Origin: Oscillospiraceae bacterium
Lineage (GTDB): Bacteria > Bacillota > Clostridia > Oscillospirales > Ruminococcaceae
DNA length: 64,000 nucleotides
Assembly (NCBI GenBank): GCA_017468365.1
Contig: JAFUIS010000019.1
Coordinates: forward strand, 11,009-75,008
Reading direction: 5' to 3'
Shown: positions 25,567 to 34,217 of the stretch, piece after piece
How positions within the stretch are numbered: position 1 is the stretch's first letter
How the letters are laid out: each line of letters begins with the position of its first letter
Position numbers and translations under genes: made by a program
Notes under the pieces: generated by a model
Seen by the model: only the letters and a program-made list of their open reading frames with translations
The model's database searches: none
What the model was told of the DNA's origin: nothing

Positions 25567-26151
25567 ATGAGTAGAAATTCAAATTTCAACCCGGAAACAT
25601 CAAAACGTCGTGTCTTTTTTATTGAACTTTATCCCGATTCTTCAACATATAATTGTGATGAACTTTTAGCTGTTGCTCGTTCTTTTCCCGAATATGCTTT
25701 GATTTGTCACGATAAAGATGTTAATTCGGTTACTGGGGAAGTTAAAAAACCGCATTATCATATTGTAGTGCGTGTTAAGCCTTCCCTGCTTTCTACGGTG
25801 GCGAATAAGTTTCCCGGTTTGGAAACTCGCTTTATTGAGGTAACACACGAATTTAGGTGGTGTTTACGCTATCTAATTCACTTGGACGATATAACAAAAT
25901 ATCAATATCCGCACGAAGCTGTTGAAACTAACATTTCGGATATCGAATCCTATTGGCGTATTTCTTCGGAATGGTCGCTTGTTCGTGAAATGATTCAGCT
26001 TCGGTTGACTGGTTCAACATGGTATCAAGTGTTTGACTTTTGCGGAAAAAATCAATGTTATGATGTCTTTCGCCGTAATATAGCGATAATCAAACTCGTT
26101 GCCGGAGAATCCGACTGCACCGATTATGGTGAATGGGATGAAACAATATGA
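25567..26151 (+). CDS. HUH rolling-circle replication initiator, pMV158 RepB (Rep_2)-like
   Basis: ICHDKDV...KKPHYHIVVRV (HUH motif) and CLRYLIHLDDITKYQY (catalytic Tyr motif); 194 aa. Confidence 0.8.
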   Translation: MSRNSNFNPETSKRRVFFIELYPDSSTYNCDELLAVARSFPEYALICHDKDVNSVTGEVKKPHYHIVVRVKPSLLSTVANKFPGLETRFIEVTHEFRWCLRYLIHLDDITKYQYPHEAVETNISDIESYWRISSEWSLVREMIQLRLTGSTWYQVFDFCGKNQCYDVFRRNIAIIKLVAGESDCTDYGEWDETI

Positions 26152-26181
26152 ACTTCGGAAAAGTTTCTATTTAGCGAAGTT
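26151..26181 (+). repeat. attR: dif-like recombination site
   Basis: AACTTCGGAAAAG-TTTCTA-TTTAGCGAAGTT; first base overlaps the rep stop codon. Confidence 0.8.
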
Positions 26182-26272
26182 GGCTCTATGGAAATTATAG
26201 CACAAAAAGCCTCTTCCCGTCAAGTGTTTGCATCAAAAAAAGCCTGATTTTATCAGGCCTTTTTGCTTATTG

Positions 26273-27019
26273 CTATTCTTCGCAAAGCGGCAAAATTCCG
26301 CCTATATCACGTAATGTTCTTCCGCCGAGGTTTTCTACGTAAATATTTCTGTTGCGAAGAAAATCTTTTATATTCTCATAATCTTTAATTGATTTTAAAT
26401 CACCGCTGGTTCCGAGGATCTTCTGTTCGACCATTCCCCCGCATCCGCCGATAAAACCGGTATCGTATCCTTCAAGGAATATTCCGCCTTCTTTTATTTT
26501 GAGAACTTCTATTTCTTTTTGTGTTAAAACTTTAGCAATACCCGGATCTGCGGTTATAACAGCATCTTCAGAAACTGCAAGCACCGAACATTTTGCATAG
26601 CCTTGCTTTACCGCAATGATGTTATAATCGTTCTTTTCTGCGAATTCCATCAGCTTTTTATCGATTATATCAGGGTTTACGATAATATTTCGGCCGATTA
26701 TCTCTGCATTTATAAGACAGTCGTCCGGATAGCTGAAATCAAGGTTTTTTTCTGTGGTTTCGGTAGCAAAACCCATCATTTTGAGCATATCGCTGCTCTT
26801 TTTTGAGCATCCTGCGGTAAGAATATGATTTCCGCCGAGATGCAGCAGCTGCAAATCGGCATGCGAAGCTATTCCCCGCGGAAGATTTTTGTTGGGTTCG
26901 ATAGGAACAACGGCTATTTTTGCACATTCCAAAGCGGCAATAACGTCCTCGGCCTGGGCGGAAACCGCGGCAACAATGACGTTTTTGTCCGGAAAATTGG
27001 GATTTTTTATAAAATTCAT
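26273..27019 (-). CDS. conserved hypothetical protein, abuts the radA stop codon
   Basis: 248 aa, no motif I can name (GYDTGFIGGCGG near the C-terminus); start is 1 nt after the radA stop. Confidence 0.6.
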   Translation of the reverse strand: MNFIKNPNFPDKNVIVAAVSAQAEDVIAALECAKIAVVPIEPNKNLPRGIASHADLQLLHLGGNHILTAGCSKKSSDMLKMMGFATETTEKNLDFSYPDDCLINAEIIGRNIIVNPDIIDKKLMEFAEKNDYNIIAVKQGYAKCSVLAVSEDAVITADPGIAKVLTQKEIEVLKIKEGGIFLEGYDTGFIGGCGGMVEQKILGTSGDLKSIKDYENIKDFLRNRNIYVENLGGRTLRDIGGILPLCEE

Positions 27020-28411
27020 TTATTTTTCCTCTTTTTTGCGTATTGCGGAAAAAGCCTCTCCGATGCTTGCAACTCCGGTGAGTTTGATTTTATAATCGGT
27101 TCCGCGAAGTTTTCCGAGACACTGTTTCGGAAGGATAATTTCGGTAAAACCAAGCTTTTCGGCTTCTTTTATGCGTGCCTCGGTGTTGGAAACGCTTCGC
27201 AGTTCCCCGCCGAGTCCGATTTCGCCGAAAGCGACGATACTGCTGTCAACAACGGTGTCGGTAAGGCTTGAAATAAGCGCAATAGCAACCGGAAGATCCG
27301 CAGCAGGTTCATCAAGTCTGAGTCCGCCGATGACGTTTATGTAGGTATCCATGCTTCCGAAATAATAACCCGCTCTCTTTTCAAGGACCGCAATAAGAAG
27401 CGCAGTGCGGTTAAAATCAAAGCCGTTGGAAGTTCTTCGCGGAACACCAAAACCGGTTTTAGAAACAAGAGCCTGAACTTCGGCGAAAATAGGTCTGGTT
27501 CCTTCTATAATGCAGCTTACACAGGTTCCCGAAACGTTTGTCGGACGTTCGGAAAGCAGCGCCATGGAGGGATTTTCGACCTCGTGGAGGCCGTCTTCAT
27601 TCATTTCAAAAATACCTATCTCGTTGGTGGAACCAAAACGGTTTTTTATGGAACGGAGTATGCGGTAACTCATAGTTCTTTCGCCTTCAAAATGAAGTAC
27701 GGTATCAACGATATGTTCCATTACCTTCGGTCCGGCAATTGCTCCGTCTTTGTTTACGTGGCCAACGATTATGATGGGAATTCCCGCTTTTTTAGCGACT
27801 TTTGTAAGTATGGAGGTACATTCCTTTACTTGGGTAATGCTTCCGCTGGAAGAAGCGATTCCGGAAAAACTCATGGTCTGGATAGAGTCCACCATAACAA
27901 TATCGGGTTTTTCTGCGTTTATGGCGTTTACTACCTGTCCGATATCTGTATAAGGCGCAATAAGAAGGTTTTTGCTGTCAACGCCGACCCTCTTTGCGCG
28001 GAGTTTGAGTTGGGATTTGCTTTCTTCGCCTGCAACATAAAGAATCTTGTTGTTTTCAGAAAGTTTTCCGCAAACCTGAAGAAGCATTGTGGATTTTCCG
28101 ATTCCGGGGTCACCGCCGAGAAGAATGACAGATCCTTTTACAATACCGCCGCCGAGAACTCTGTCGAGTTCTTCGATTCCGGTGATGTAACGCATTTCTT
28201 CATCAACATCAACGTCCGCAAGACTGGTGACTGTTTCGGATTCCGGCTCACCGATGACAAGACCGGCGGTCTTTTGTTTTGAAGGGGTCTCTTCAGCGCG
28301 GACGTCTTCAACAAATGTGTTCCATTCACCGCATTCCGGGCATTTTCCCATCCATTTCGGGGTTTCGTATCCGCACTCACTGCAAACAAAGATTTTTTTG
28401 AGTTTTTCCAT
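27020..28411 (-). CDS. radA: DNA repair protein RadA/Sms
   Basis: N-terminal zinc ribbon CSECGYETPKWMGKCPECGEW, Walker A GDPGIGKST, KNRFG motif, Lon-like C-domain. Confidence 0.95.
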   Translation of the reverse strand: MEKLKKIFVCSECGYETPKWMGKCPECGEWNTFVEDVRAEETPSKQKTAGLVIGEPESETVTSLADVDVDEEMRYITGIEELDRVLGGGIVKGSVILLGGDPGIGKSTMLLQVCGKLSENNKILYVAGEESKSQLKLRAKRVGVDSKNLLIAPYTDIGQVVNAINAEKPDIVMVDSIQTMSFSGIASSSGSITQVKECTSILTKVAKKAGIPIIIVGHVNKDGAIAGPKVMEHIVDTVLHFEGERTMSYRILRSIKNRFGSTNEIGIFEMNEDGLHEVENPSMALLSERPTNVSGTCVSCIIEGTRPIFAEVQALVSKTGFGVPRRTSNGFDFNRTALLIAVLEKRAGYYFGSMDTYINVIGGLRLDEPAADLPVAIALISSLTDTVVDSSIVAFGEIGLGGELRSVSNTEARIKEAEKLGFTEIILPKQCLGKLRGTDYKIKLTGVASIGEAFSAIRKKEEK

Positions 28412-28412
28412 T

Positions 28413-29129
28413 TTAAACTTCCCTTTCGGTAAGGTGTTTTATTGATGATAAGGCAATGGCAAAAGCCATTTCACTCTGATAGTTTTCATCGGTGAGCATG
28501 GCGGCTTCTGCCGAATTTGATATAAATCCGCATTCCACGAGCACCGCGGGTTTTTGAGCATTGTACAGTATATAAATATCTTTTGAAGACTCTTTTATAC
28601 TTCGGTGGTTTTCCGGTTGCAAAAGATTGGAAATTCCGCTTTGTAATGCAGTTGCAAGAGCTTTACTGCCGGGATTTTTACCACCATAAAAGACTTGAGC
28701 ACCGTGAGCATCTCCGCCAAAAATGTTTTGGTGGATAGAAACAAAACAAAGGCAGGGCGTTTTTTCAAGAAGCGAAAGACGGTTTTTTATGTCCGAAACT
28801 TTCTTTTCGCGCTGTGAAAAAAGCCCTTCGTCACAGGTCATAGTATCGGTTTTTCTTGTGAGCACGGTGTCATATCCGAAAAGAGAAAATAATTTTTCGG
28901 TTTTAAGAGTTATCGAAAGATTAAGGTCTTTTTCGATTATTCCGCCCGCTCCTATTGCTCCTCCGTCTTCACCGCCGTGACCGGCATCGAGTATGATCGT
29001 ACTGTTTTCGTCTACTGAAAAAGACGAAGCCAAAACTGCTTTTTCATCCGGAAAATAAATAAACGGCGCAGCAACGATAAAAAACGAACATATCATAAAA
29101 AGAAAAGCTTTCATAACGGTATATTTCAA
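28413..29129 (-). CDS. cwlD: N-acetylmuramoyl-L-alanine amidase (Amidase_3; CwlD-like)
   Basis: N-terminal TM, ILDAGHGGEDGGA, size ~238 aa typical of the germination amidase. Confidence 0.75.
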   Translation of the reverse strand: MKYTVMKAFLFMICSFFIVAAPFIYFPDEKAVLASSFSVDENSTIILDAGHGGEDGGAIGAGGIIEKDLNLSITLKTEKLFSLFGYDTVLTRKTDTMTCDEGLFSQREKKVSDIKNRLSLLEKTPCLCFVSIHQNIFGGDAHGAQVFYGGKNPGSKALATALQSGISNLLQPENHRSIKESSKDIYILYNAQKPAVLVECGFISNSAEAAMLTDENYQSEMAFAIALSSIKHLTEREV

Positions 29130-29355
29130 AAAACAACACTCCTTTTTGCTTTTTGAAATATACGCTGAAATAAAAAATTCTATGACGAGAATATTTTATC
29201 ACAAAACAATATGTTTGTATATCCAAAAAACGCACCATAAAATTGTACAACTTATTAATATATATTTTACGTTTTATTATTGACTTTCACACACTAAACT
29301 GGTAAAATGAAAGAGCTGAGTAATTCAGCGTATTAAAGTGTGAGGAGTGTTTCAT

Positions 29356-29658
29356 ATGAACAAACGTCTTAAAGACGAACGACTTGATTACCTTTTTGAG
29401 GCAATTCTTACTCTTGAAACCAAAGAGGAATGTTACAGCTTTTTCCGCGATCTTTGCACCGTTCCGGAACTCAAGACTCTTTCCCAAAGGTTCCACGTTG
29501 CAAAAATGCTTACAGATAAAAGAGTTTACAGTGACATCGTTGAAGAAACCGGCGCTTCTACTGCAACCATCAGCCGAGTAAACCGTTCCCTTTCCGAAGA
29601 TTATGATTCCAGCGGTGGTTATCAGCTTGTTTTCAGCCGTCTTGAGGAGAAAAAATGA
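29356..29658 (+). CDS. YerC/YecD-family TrpR-like protein
   Basis: ATG 29356 after GAGGAG; LTLETKEECYSFFRDLCT..EL..LSQRF.VAKML, STATISRV HTH. Confidence 0.8.
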   Translation: MNKRLKDERLDYLFEAILTLETKEECYSFFRDLCTVPELKTLSQRFHVAKMLTDKRVYSDIVEETGASTATISRVNRSLSEDYDSSGGYQLVFSRLEEKK

Positions 29659-30404
29659 GCGATTACGGTGATTTTGCCCGATTTTACGACAAATTTACAA
29701 ATAACGTTGATTATCCTGCAAGAGCAAGATATTTCGATGCGATAATCCAGAAATATAATCCGGATGCAGAGATCGTTCTTGACCTTGCCTGCGGAACCGG
29801 TTCTTTGAGCTTTGAACTTGAGCCTTTCGGTTACGACATTGTAGCGGTAGATAATTCCTATGAGATGCTTTCTGTTGCAATGGAAAAACGAGAAATGCTT
29901 GAAAGCAACGTCCTTTTCCTTTGCCAGGAGATGAACGAGCTTGATCTTTTCGGAACTATCGATGCAACGGTTTGCGCCCTTGACAGTATCAACCATATTC
30001 TTGACGAAGACGAACTTACCGAAGTTTTTGAAAAGGTTTCCCTCTTTTCCAACAAAGGCGCGGTTTTTGTATTTGACGTAAACACGGTTTATAAACATCA
30101 GGAAGTTCTCGGCGACAACTGTTTTGTTTATGAAAATGGAGATACCTTCTGTGCCTGGCGCAATTCTCTTGACAAAGACGGAGTCACCGTTGATATTTCT
30201 CTTGATTTCTTCGATAAAACCGAAAACGACGGTCTTTATTGCCGTTACAGCAGCGATTTTTCCGAAAAAGCTTATGAGATAGATGACCTTAAGGAGATGC
30301 TTTTTAAAACAGGTTTCCTCGTAAAAGCAGTTTTTGACGAGGATAGTTTTCTCCCCATCAGAAAGGACAGCGAAAGAGCTATTATCGTTGCGGTAAAAAA
30401 TTAA
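29655..30404 (+). CDS. class I SAM-dependent methyltransferase
   Basis: Motif I VLDLACGTG; start overlaps the yerC-like stop (ATGA). Confidence 0.8.
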   Translation: MSDYGDFARFYDKFTNNVDYPARARYFDAIIQKYNPDAEIVLDLACGTGSLSFELEPFGYDIVAVDNSYEMLSVAMEKREMLESNVLFLCQEMNELDLFGTIDATVCALDSINHILDEDELTEVFEKVSLFSNKGAVFVFDVNTVYKHQEVLGDNCFVYENGDTFCAWRNSLDKDGVTVDISLDFFDKTENDGLYCRYSSDFSEKAYEIDDLKEMLFKTGFLVKAVFDEDSFLPIRKDSERAIIVAVKN

Positions 30405-30435
30405 AAAATTTTTTGAAAAAATTTCAAAAAAACGC

Positions 30436-30464
30436 TTGACTTTTGGTGAATGACGAGTTATAAT
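30436..30464 (+). promoter_or_regulatory. sigma-A promoter for tRNA-Val
   Basis: TTGACT, 17-nt spacer, TATAAT. Confidence 0.7.
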
Positions 30465-30477
30465 AAACAAGTCGTCT

Positions 30478-30554
30478 GGGGGCATAGCTCAGCTGGTTAG
30501 AGCACCTGCCTTACAAGCAGGGGGTCATAGGTTCGAGTCCTATTGTCCCCACCA
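30478..30554 (+). tRNA. tRNA-Val (anticodon TAC), CCA encoded
   Basis: Cloverleaf folded by hand: acceptor GGGGGCA/TGTCCCC, anticodon stem CCTGC/GCAGG, loop CTTACAA, T-loop TTCGAGT. Confidence 0.9.
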
Positions 30555-30560
30555 GATTTT

Positions 30561-30591
30561 AACCGCAACCTTGTGTTGCGGTTCTTTTTTT
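30561..30591 (+). terminator. terminator after tRNA-Val
   Basis: AACCGCAAC-cttgt-GTTGCGGTT then CTTTTTTT. Confidence 0.85.
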
Positions 30592-30682
30592 ATCTGTTCC
30601 CTGCTGTTTTTGCAAGAAAAAAGCAAAAACGGCTCTTTTTATTATATTGGATTTATTGTATAATTCATTTGGGTGATTTTTT

Positions 30683-31651
30683 ATGAAACATATAGTAAAC
30701 ACAGTCAGCGAAAATCTTTGGCTTGAACAGTATAAAGACAAAGCGGATATGAATAAGTTTATTTCGGATTGCCTTTGCGACGGCTGCGAAGTTATCCGCG
30801 GCGGCGAAGATTCCACCGGAATTTACGATAAAGATAATGTGATCGGAGTACATCTTTTCTTTTATCCTGCCTGGCTGGATTTTTGGAACAACGACATTGA
30901 AAAACTTAAACTTCATTTCGGAACTCAGGAAACCTGGGAAGGATATTACCGTGCGAAAAACCGTGAAGAGTTCCTTCTGCCCTACCGTGCAGATATGGAA
31001 TATGCGGAAGCTATGGGAGCGGAATACGTTGTTTTTCACGTAAACGATGTTTCCAACGAGGAAGTTATAACCTATAAATGGGAACATTCCGATGAAGAAG
31101 TTATCAGAGCGGTTGCGGAGATTGTAAACGAGCTTACAAAGGGCAAAAATTACCATTTCAAGCTTCTTTTTGAAAATCTTTTTACCCCCGGTATGATGCT
31201 CTTAAAGCCCGCAGAAACGGCTCTTATGCTTGAGCTTACTGATTACGAAAACAAAGGTATTCTTATGGATACGGGCCATCTGATGTGCGCTCCGCAGAAT
31301 ATTATAAGCGAAGAACAAGGAATTGATTTTGTTCTTGAAACGGTAAGAAATCACGGTGAACTTGCTAAAGAATTCAAGGCACTTCATCTTCATAAATCAA
31401 CAACGGGAGAATATATCCAAAAACATAAAGCAACATTTATTGAACCTAAAGAAGATTTTTATGAGCGCTGGGCCCAGGGCTATGATATCATTCTCAATAT
31501 CGATATGCACCAGCCTTTTGAAAATCCGCGCGTTCAGGAAATCCTTGAGCTTGTTGAACCGGAATATGTAACACACGAAATTTCCGCAAAAAACCGTGAA
31601 GAAAAACTTGAAAAAGTGCTTGTTCAAATGAAGGCACTTGGAAGAATATAA
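30683..31651 (+). CDS. xylose isomerase-like TIM-barrel protein (sugar phosphate isomerase/epimerase family)
   Basis: VVFHVND, LLFENLF, MDTGHLM, HLHKS: spacing of metal ligands typical of the fold. Confidence 0.5.
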   Translation: MKHIVNTVSENLWLEQYKDKADMNKFISDCLCDGCEVIRGGEDSTGIYDKDNVIGVHLFFYPAWLDFWNNDIEKLKLHFGTQETWEGYYRAKNREEFLLPYRADMEYAEAMGAEYVVFHVNDVSNEEVITYKWEHSDEEVIRAVAEIVNELTKGKNYHFKLLFENLFTPGMMLLKPAETALMLELTDYENKGILMDTGHLMCAPQNIISEEQGIDFVLETVRNHGELAKEFKALHLHKSTTGEYIQKHKATFIEPKEDFYERWAQGYDIILNIDMHQPFENPRVQEILELVEPEYVTHEISAKNREEKLEKVLVQMKALGRI

Positions 31652-31659
31652 AGAAAAAA

Positions 31660-31684
31660 GACCCGCTCTGCGGGTCTTTTTTTT
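31660..31684. terminator. bidirectional terminator
   Basis: GACCCGC-tct-GCGGGTC flanked by A6 and T8. Confidence 0.8.
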
Positions 31685-31692
31685 AATGATAT

Positions 31693-31923
31693 TCAATCGA
31701 AATTATTTTCATAATCTGCCGTATCAATAATCAGTTTTTTACAGTTGGGGCAGCAATCACATTCGATATGATGCGGAGACATAAAAGGAACATCTAAATG
31801 TAATGTGTATTTTTCTTTATTATCAGGTAAAGTGCTTAGCTTATGTTTCCTTTCGCTCCAAATTATGTTTCCACAGTTCAGATATCCGTGAATCATTTCA
31901 GTATTACAAAAAGGGCATTTCAT
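31693..31923 (-). CDS. small zinc-ribbon protein (76 aa)
   Basis: Start at MKCPFC; CPFC...CPNC cysteine pairs. Confidence 0.6.
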   Translation of the reverse strand: MKCPFCNTEMIHGYLNCGNIIWSERKHKLSTLPDNKEKYTLHLDVPFMSPHHIECDCCPNCKKLIIDTADYENNFD

Positions 31924-31937
31924 ATAGATACCTTCCA

Positions 31938-32531
31938 TTAACAAAGTGTTATTTTTTCATAAGATACGGGTTTAAGATCATCGTCAAAAGTGATTTTATA
32001 TCCTTCGCAGGGTTTCGGTTGCCATGCATAAAAATGCTCGGCCGTTTCATCACCTGGAAACCAGGTGAGCATAAGTCCGGCGATGACCCCTCCGTGACAA
32101 ACGATAATGCAGTCGCTGCCGAGATAATCTTTCATGGCTTCGAGCGAACGGTTGAGCATTATTTCGCCGCTTTCCCCGTTGGGACATACGTTGCGCCAGT
32201 TGTCGCCGGTTATCCATGCCTGATAATCTTCCCTGTCTTTAAGCTGCTCATAACTGAGCATCTCAAAATCGCCAAAGCTGAACTCTCTCATTCGCGGATC
32301 GACAATATGCTCTTTTTCGCTTCCGTACATTTCAAAAAGCGTCTGTTCGGTGCGGCAAAGGTCGGTGGTGACCACCTTATAACCTTCGGTATCGGGATAA
32401 ATCCCGGCTTTTCTTCGTTCTCTTACGGCCTCTATTCCCTCTTCGATAAGCGGAATATCGGAGCTTCCGTAATAAAGGCGTTTTTTGTTGCCTTCGGTTA
32501 TGCCATGGCGAAAAAGATAAATTGTGCTCAT
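31938..32531 (-). CDS. cobC: histidine phosphatase family protein (alpha-ribazole phosphatase CobC-like)
   Basis: RHG motif (LFRHGITEGN); located in the cob cluster. Confidence 0.75.
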   Translation of the reverse strand: MSTIYLFRHGITEGNKKRLYYGSSDIPLIEEGIEAVRERRKAGIYPDTEGYKVVTTDLCRTEQTLFEMYGSEKEHIVDPRMREFSFGDFEMLSYEQLKDREDYQAWITGDNWRNVCPNGESGEIMLNRSLEAMKDYLGSDCIIVCHGGVIAGLMLTWFPGDETAEHFYAWQPKPCEGYKITFDDDLKPVSYEKITLC

Positions 32532-32532
32532 A

Positions 32533-32910
32533 TTATTTCAACCTCTGTGAAAGACCGCAAAAAATTCTAGTTACGTGCTTGGATTCTTTTGAAAGTTTTA
32601 TAAGAAGTCTTCCGTTTGCTTCGCGCCAGGCTCTTTCGGTTTTGTTTATGGGAACGACTCCACAGGAAATATCGTCCGAAACGATGATTTTATCCTGAAG
32701 GTTTTCTGCGTGCTCAAAAAGATATTCAGCCGGTTCAAAACCGTGCTCAACACACCAATAGCTGAATCTTTCTATATGCGCAATGCATTTTTTGTCAAAT
32801 TCCGGCGCAGAATCTTTTTCGCAAACGAAAATATCTTCATCGGAAATGACGAAATTTTCTTTTACATAAGCGGTTTTTCCCTGAAAAGCGCCGCCGATTA
32901 TAAGTTCCAT
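32533..32910 (-). CDS. short CobU-like P-loop protein (125 aa)
   Basis: Walker A-like GGAFQGKT at the N-terminus; ~55 aa shorter than the neighbouring CobU. Confidence 0.55.
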   Translation of the reverse strand: MELIIGGAFQGKTAYVKENFVISDEDIFVCEKDSAPEFDKKCIAHIERFSYWCVEHGFEPAEYLFEHAENLQDKIIVSDDISCGVVPINKTERAWREANGRLLIKLSKESKHVTRIFCGLSQRLK

Positions 32911-32922
32911 ATCAAAATCTCC

Positions 32923-33678
32923 TTAAAACACGTTAAGAGCGATTATTCCGCAAAGTTCCGCAATGGTATGGCCAAATCCGGTAACATCGCCGGAAAAACC
33001 GTCAAGGTTTTTAAACGCATATGCAGTAGCGATAACATATCCAAAAATGGTTGCAAAGGAAATTATTACGCCTCTGAGGCCGAAAAGATAAGCCGAAACA
33101 GCAAAAGAAATTATTAGAATAGCGCAAAGTGCCAAAATATTTCCTTTGCTTATTCCTTTCTGGAAGTTTCCGGCATATTCGCTGTGTCCCATGGGACGAA
33201 GGGTCGAAACGCCTATTGCGCTGCAGGCGCGGGAAACGGTGCAAATTGTTATAAGCGGCCAGAATTGATAGGAAAAGTCTTTGCTTGCAAAAGAAGCAAA
33301 GCTGAGCATCATGAGTATTGCAAGTCCGACAACCGCAAAAGAACCCACGTGGGAATCTTTCAGTATCTCACGTTTCTTTTCAAGAGGACGTCTTGAAAAA
33401 ATCGCATCGCAGCAATCCATATATCCGTCAAGGTGGATTCCGCCGGTAAGAAGATACGGCGTTACGGCAAGAATTGCCGCGCCGAGCATAAGCGGAAAGT
33501 TTATTTTACAGAGAAGGAACGCTATGACCGCCCAGATGGTTCCTATTACGGTTCCGACAAAAGGAAAAACCACAAGCATCAAAGAACGCACCGAATCTTC
33601 CCATACGTGAGAAAAAGGCGTGGGGATAGCACAGAACATACTGAAACTCATGCAGAATGCCTTCAAAAGTTTTTTCAT
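32923..33678 (-). CDS. cobS: adenosylcobinamide-GDP ribazoletransferase (cobalamin synthase)
   Basis: 251 aa polytopic membrane protein with HLDGYMDCCDA motif. Confidence 0.85.
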   Translation of the reverse strand: MKKLLKAFCMSFSMFCAIPTPFSHVWEDSVRSLMLVVFPFVGTVIGTIWAVIAFLLCKINFPLMLGAAILAVTPYLLTGGIHLDGYMDCCDAIFSRRPLEKKREILKDSHVGSFAVVGLAILMMLSFASFASKDFSYQFWPLITICTVSRACSAIGVSTLRPMGHSEYAGNFQKGISKGNILALCAILIISFAVSAYLFGLRGVIISFATIFGYVIATAYAFKNLDGFSGDVTGFGHTIAELCGIIALNVF

Positions 33679-34217
33679 ATGAGTTCAGCTCCTTTGTAAA
33701 AAATTATCTGTCCGCAGGAAAATTCCGCCACAACGTCACATTTTTCCGCCAAAGCGCGGTCAACAAAAGCAAGTCCCGCTCTGTAAGAATCGGTCCATTC
33801 GTCATAAAATGCCGCGTCGCAGTGGATATTATCGGAAACGAACACAACGTTTTCGGCCTTTTCGGAAAAATCAAGAAGTTCAGCCGCAACTTTCTGCGGA
33901 GCGGCTTTGTTGATATCTCCAGCCATTCCAACGAACATTTCATTGGATAAAAGTGCGGTCACACTATCGACAAGGTATGTACCTCTACAGTCAATTTCAT
34001 CGCTATGCAATGCGATATTTCTGCCCCATTCGGCAGTTTTGAACCCCCAGCCCGCTCTTTCATTTCTGTGGCGGGCAACTCTTGCAAGATCCTCATCATC
34101 ACGGGGTTCCATTGTTGCAAGATACCAGAGGTGGTCTTCTTTGGCAAGTTTTTTGGCGCATTCCTGGGCAAACATGGATTTTCCGTTTTTTGCTCCGCCT
34201 GATATGAATATTCTCAT
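33675..34217 (-). CDS. cobU: bifunctional adenosylcobinamide kinase/adenosylcobinamide-phosphate guanylyltransferase
   Basis: Walker A GGAKNGKS; 180 aa; overlaps cobS and cobT by 4 nt. Confidence 0.85.
   Translation of the reverse strand: MRIFISGGAKNGKSMFAQECAKKLAKEDHLWYLATMEPRDDEDLARVARHRNERAGWGFKTAEWGRNIALHSDEIDCRGTYLVDSVTALLSNEMFVGMAGDINKAAPQKVAAELLDFSEKAENVVFVSDNIHCDAAFYDEWTDSYRAGLAFVDRALAEKCDVVAEFSCGQIIFYKGAELI

Larger units (their letters stand above)
20790..26181 (+). mobile_element. integrated inovirus-like (filamentous phage) element, ~5.4 kb, no integrase of its own
   Basis: Bounded by dif-like direct repeats; contains Zot-like ATPase, major-coat-like ORF, many tiny TM ORFs, HUH Rep, RHH repressor and a hairpin origin; 12 of 13 ORFs on one strand with coupled junctions. 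Confidence 0.8.
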
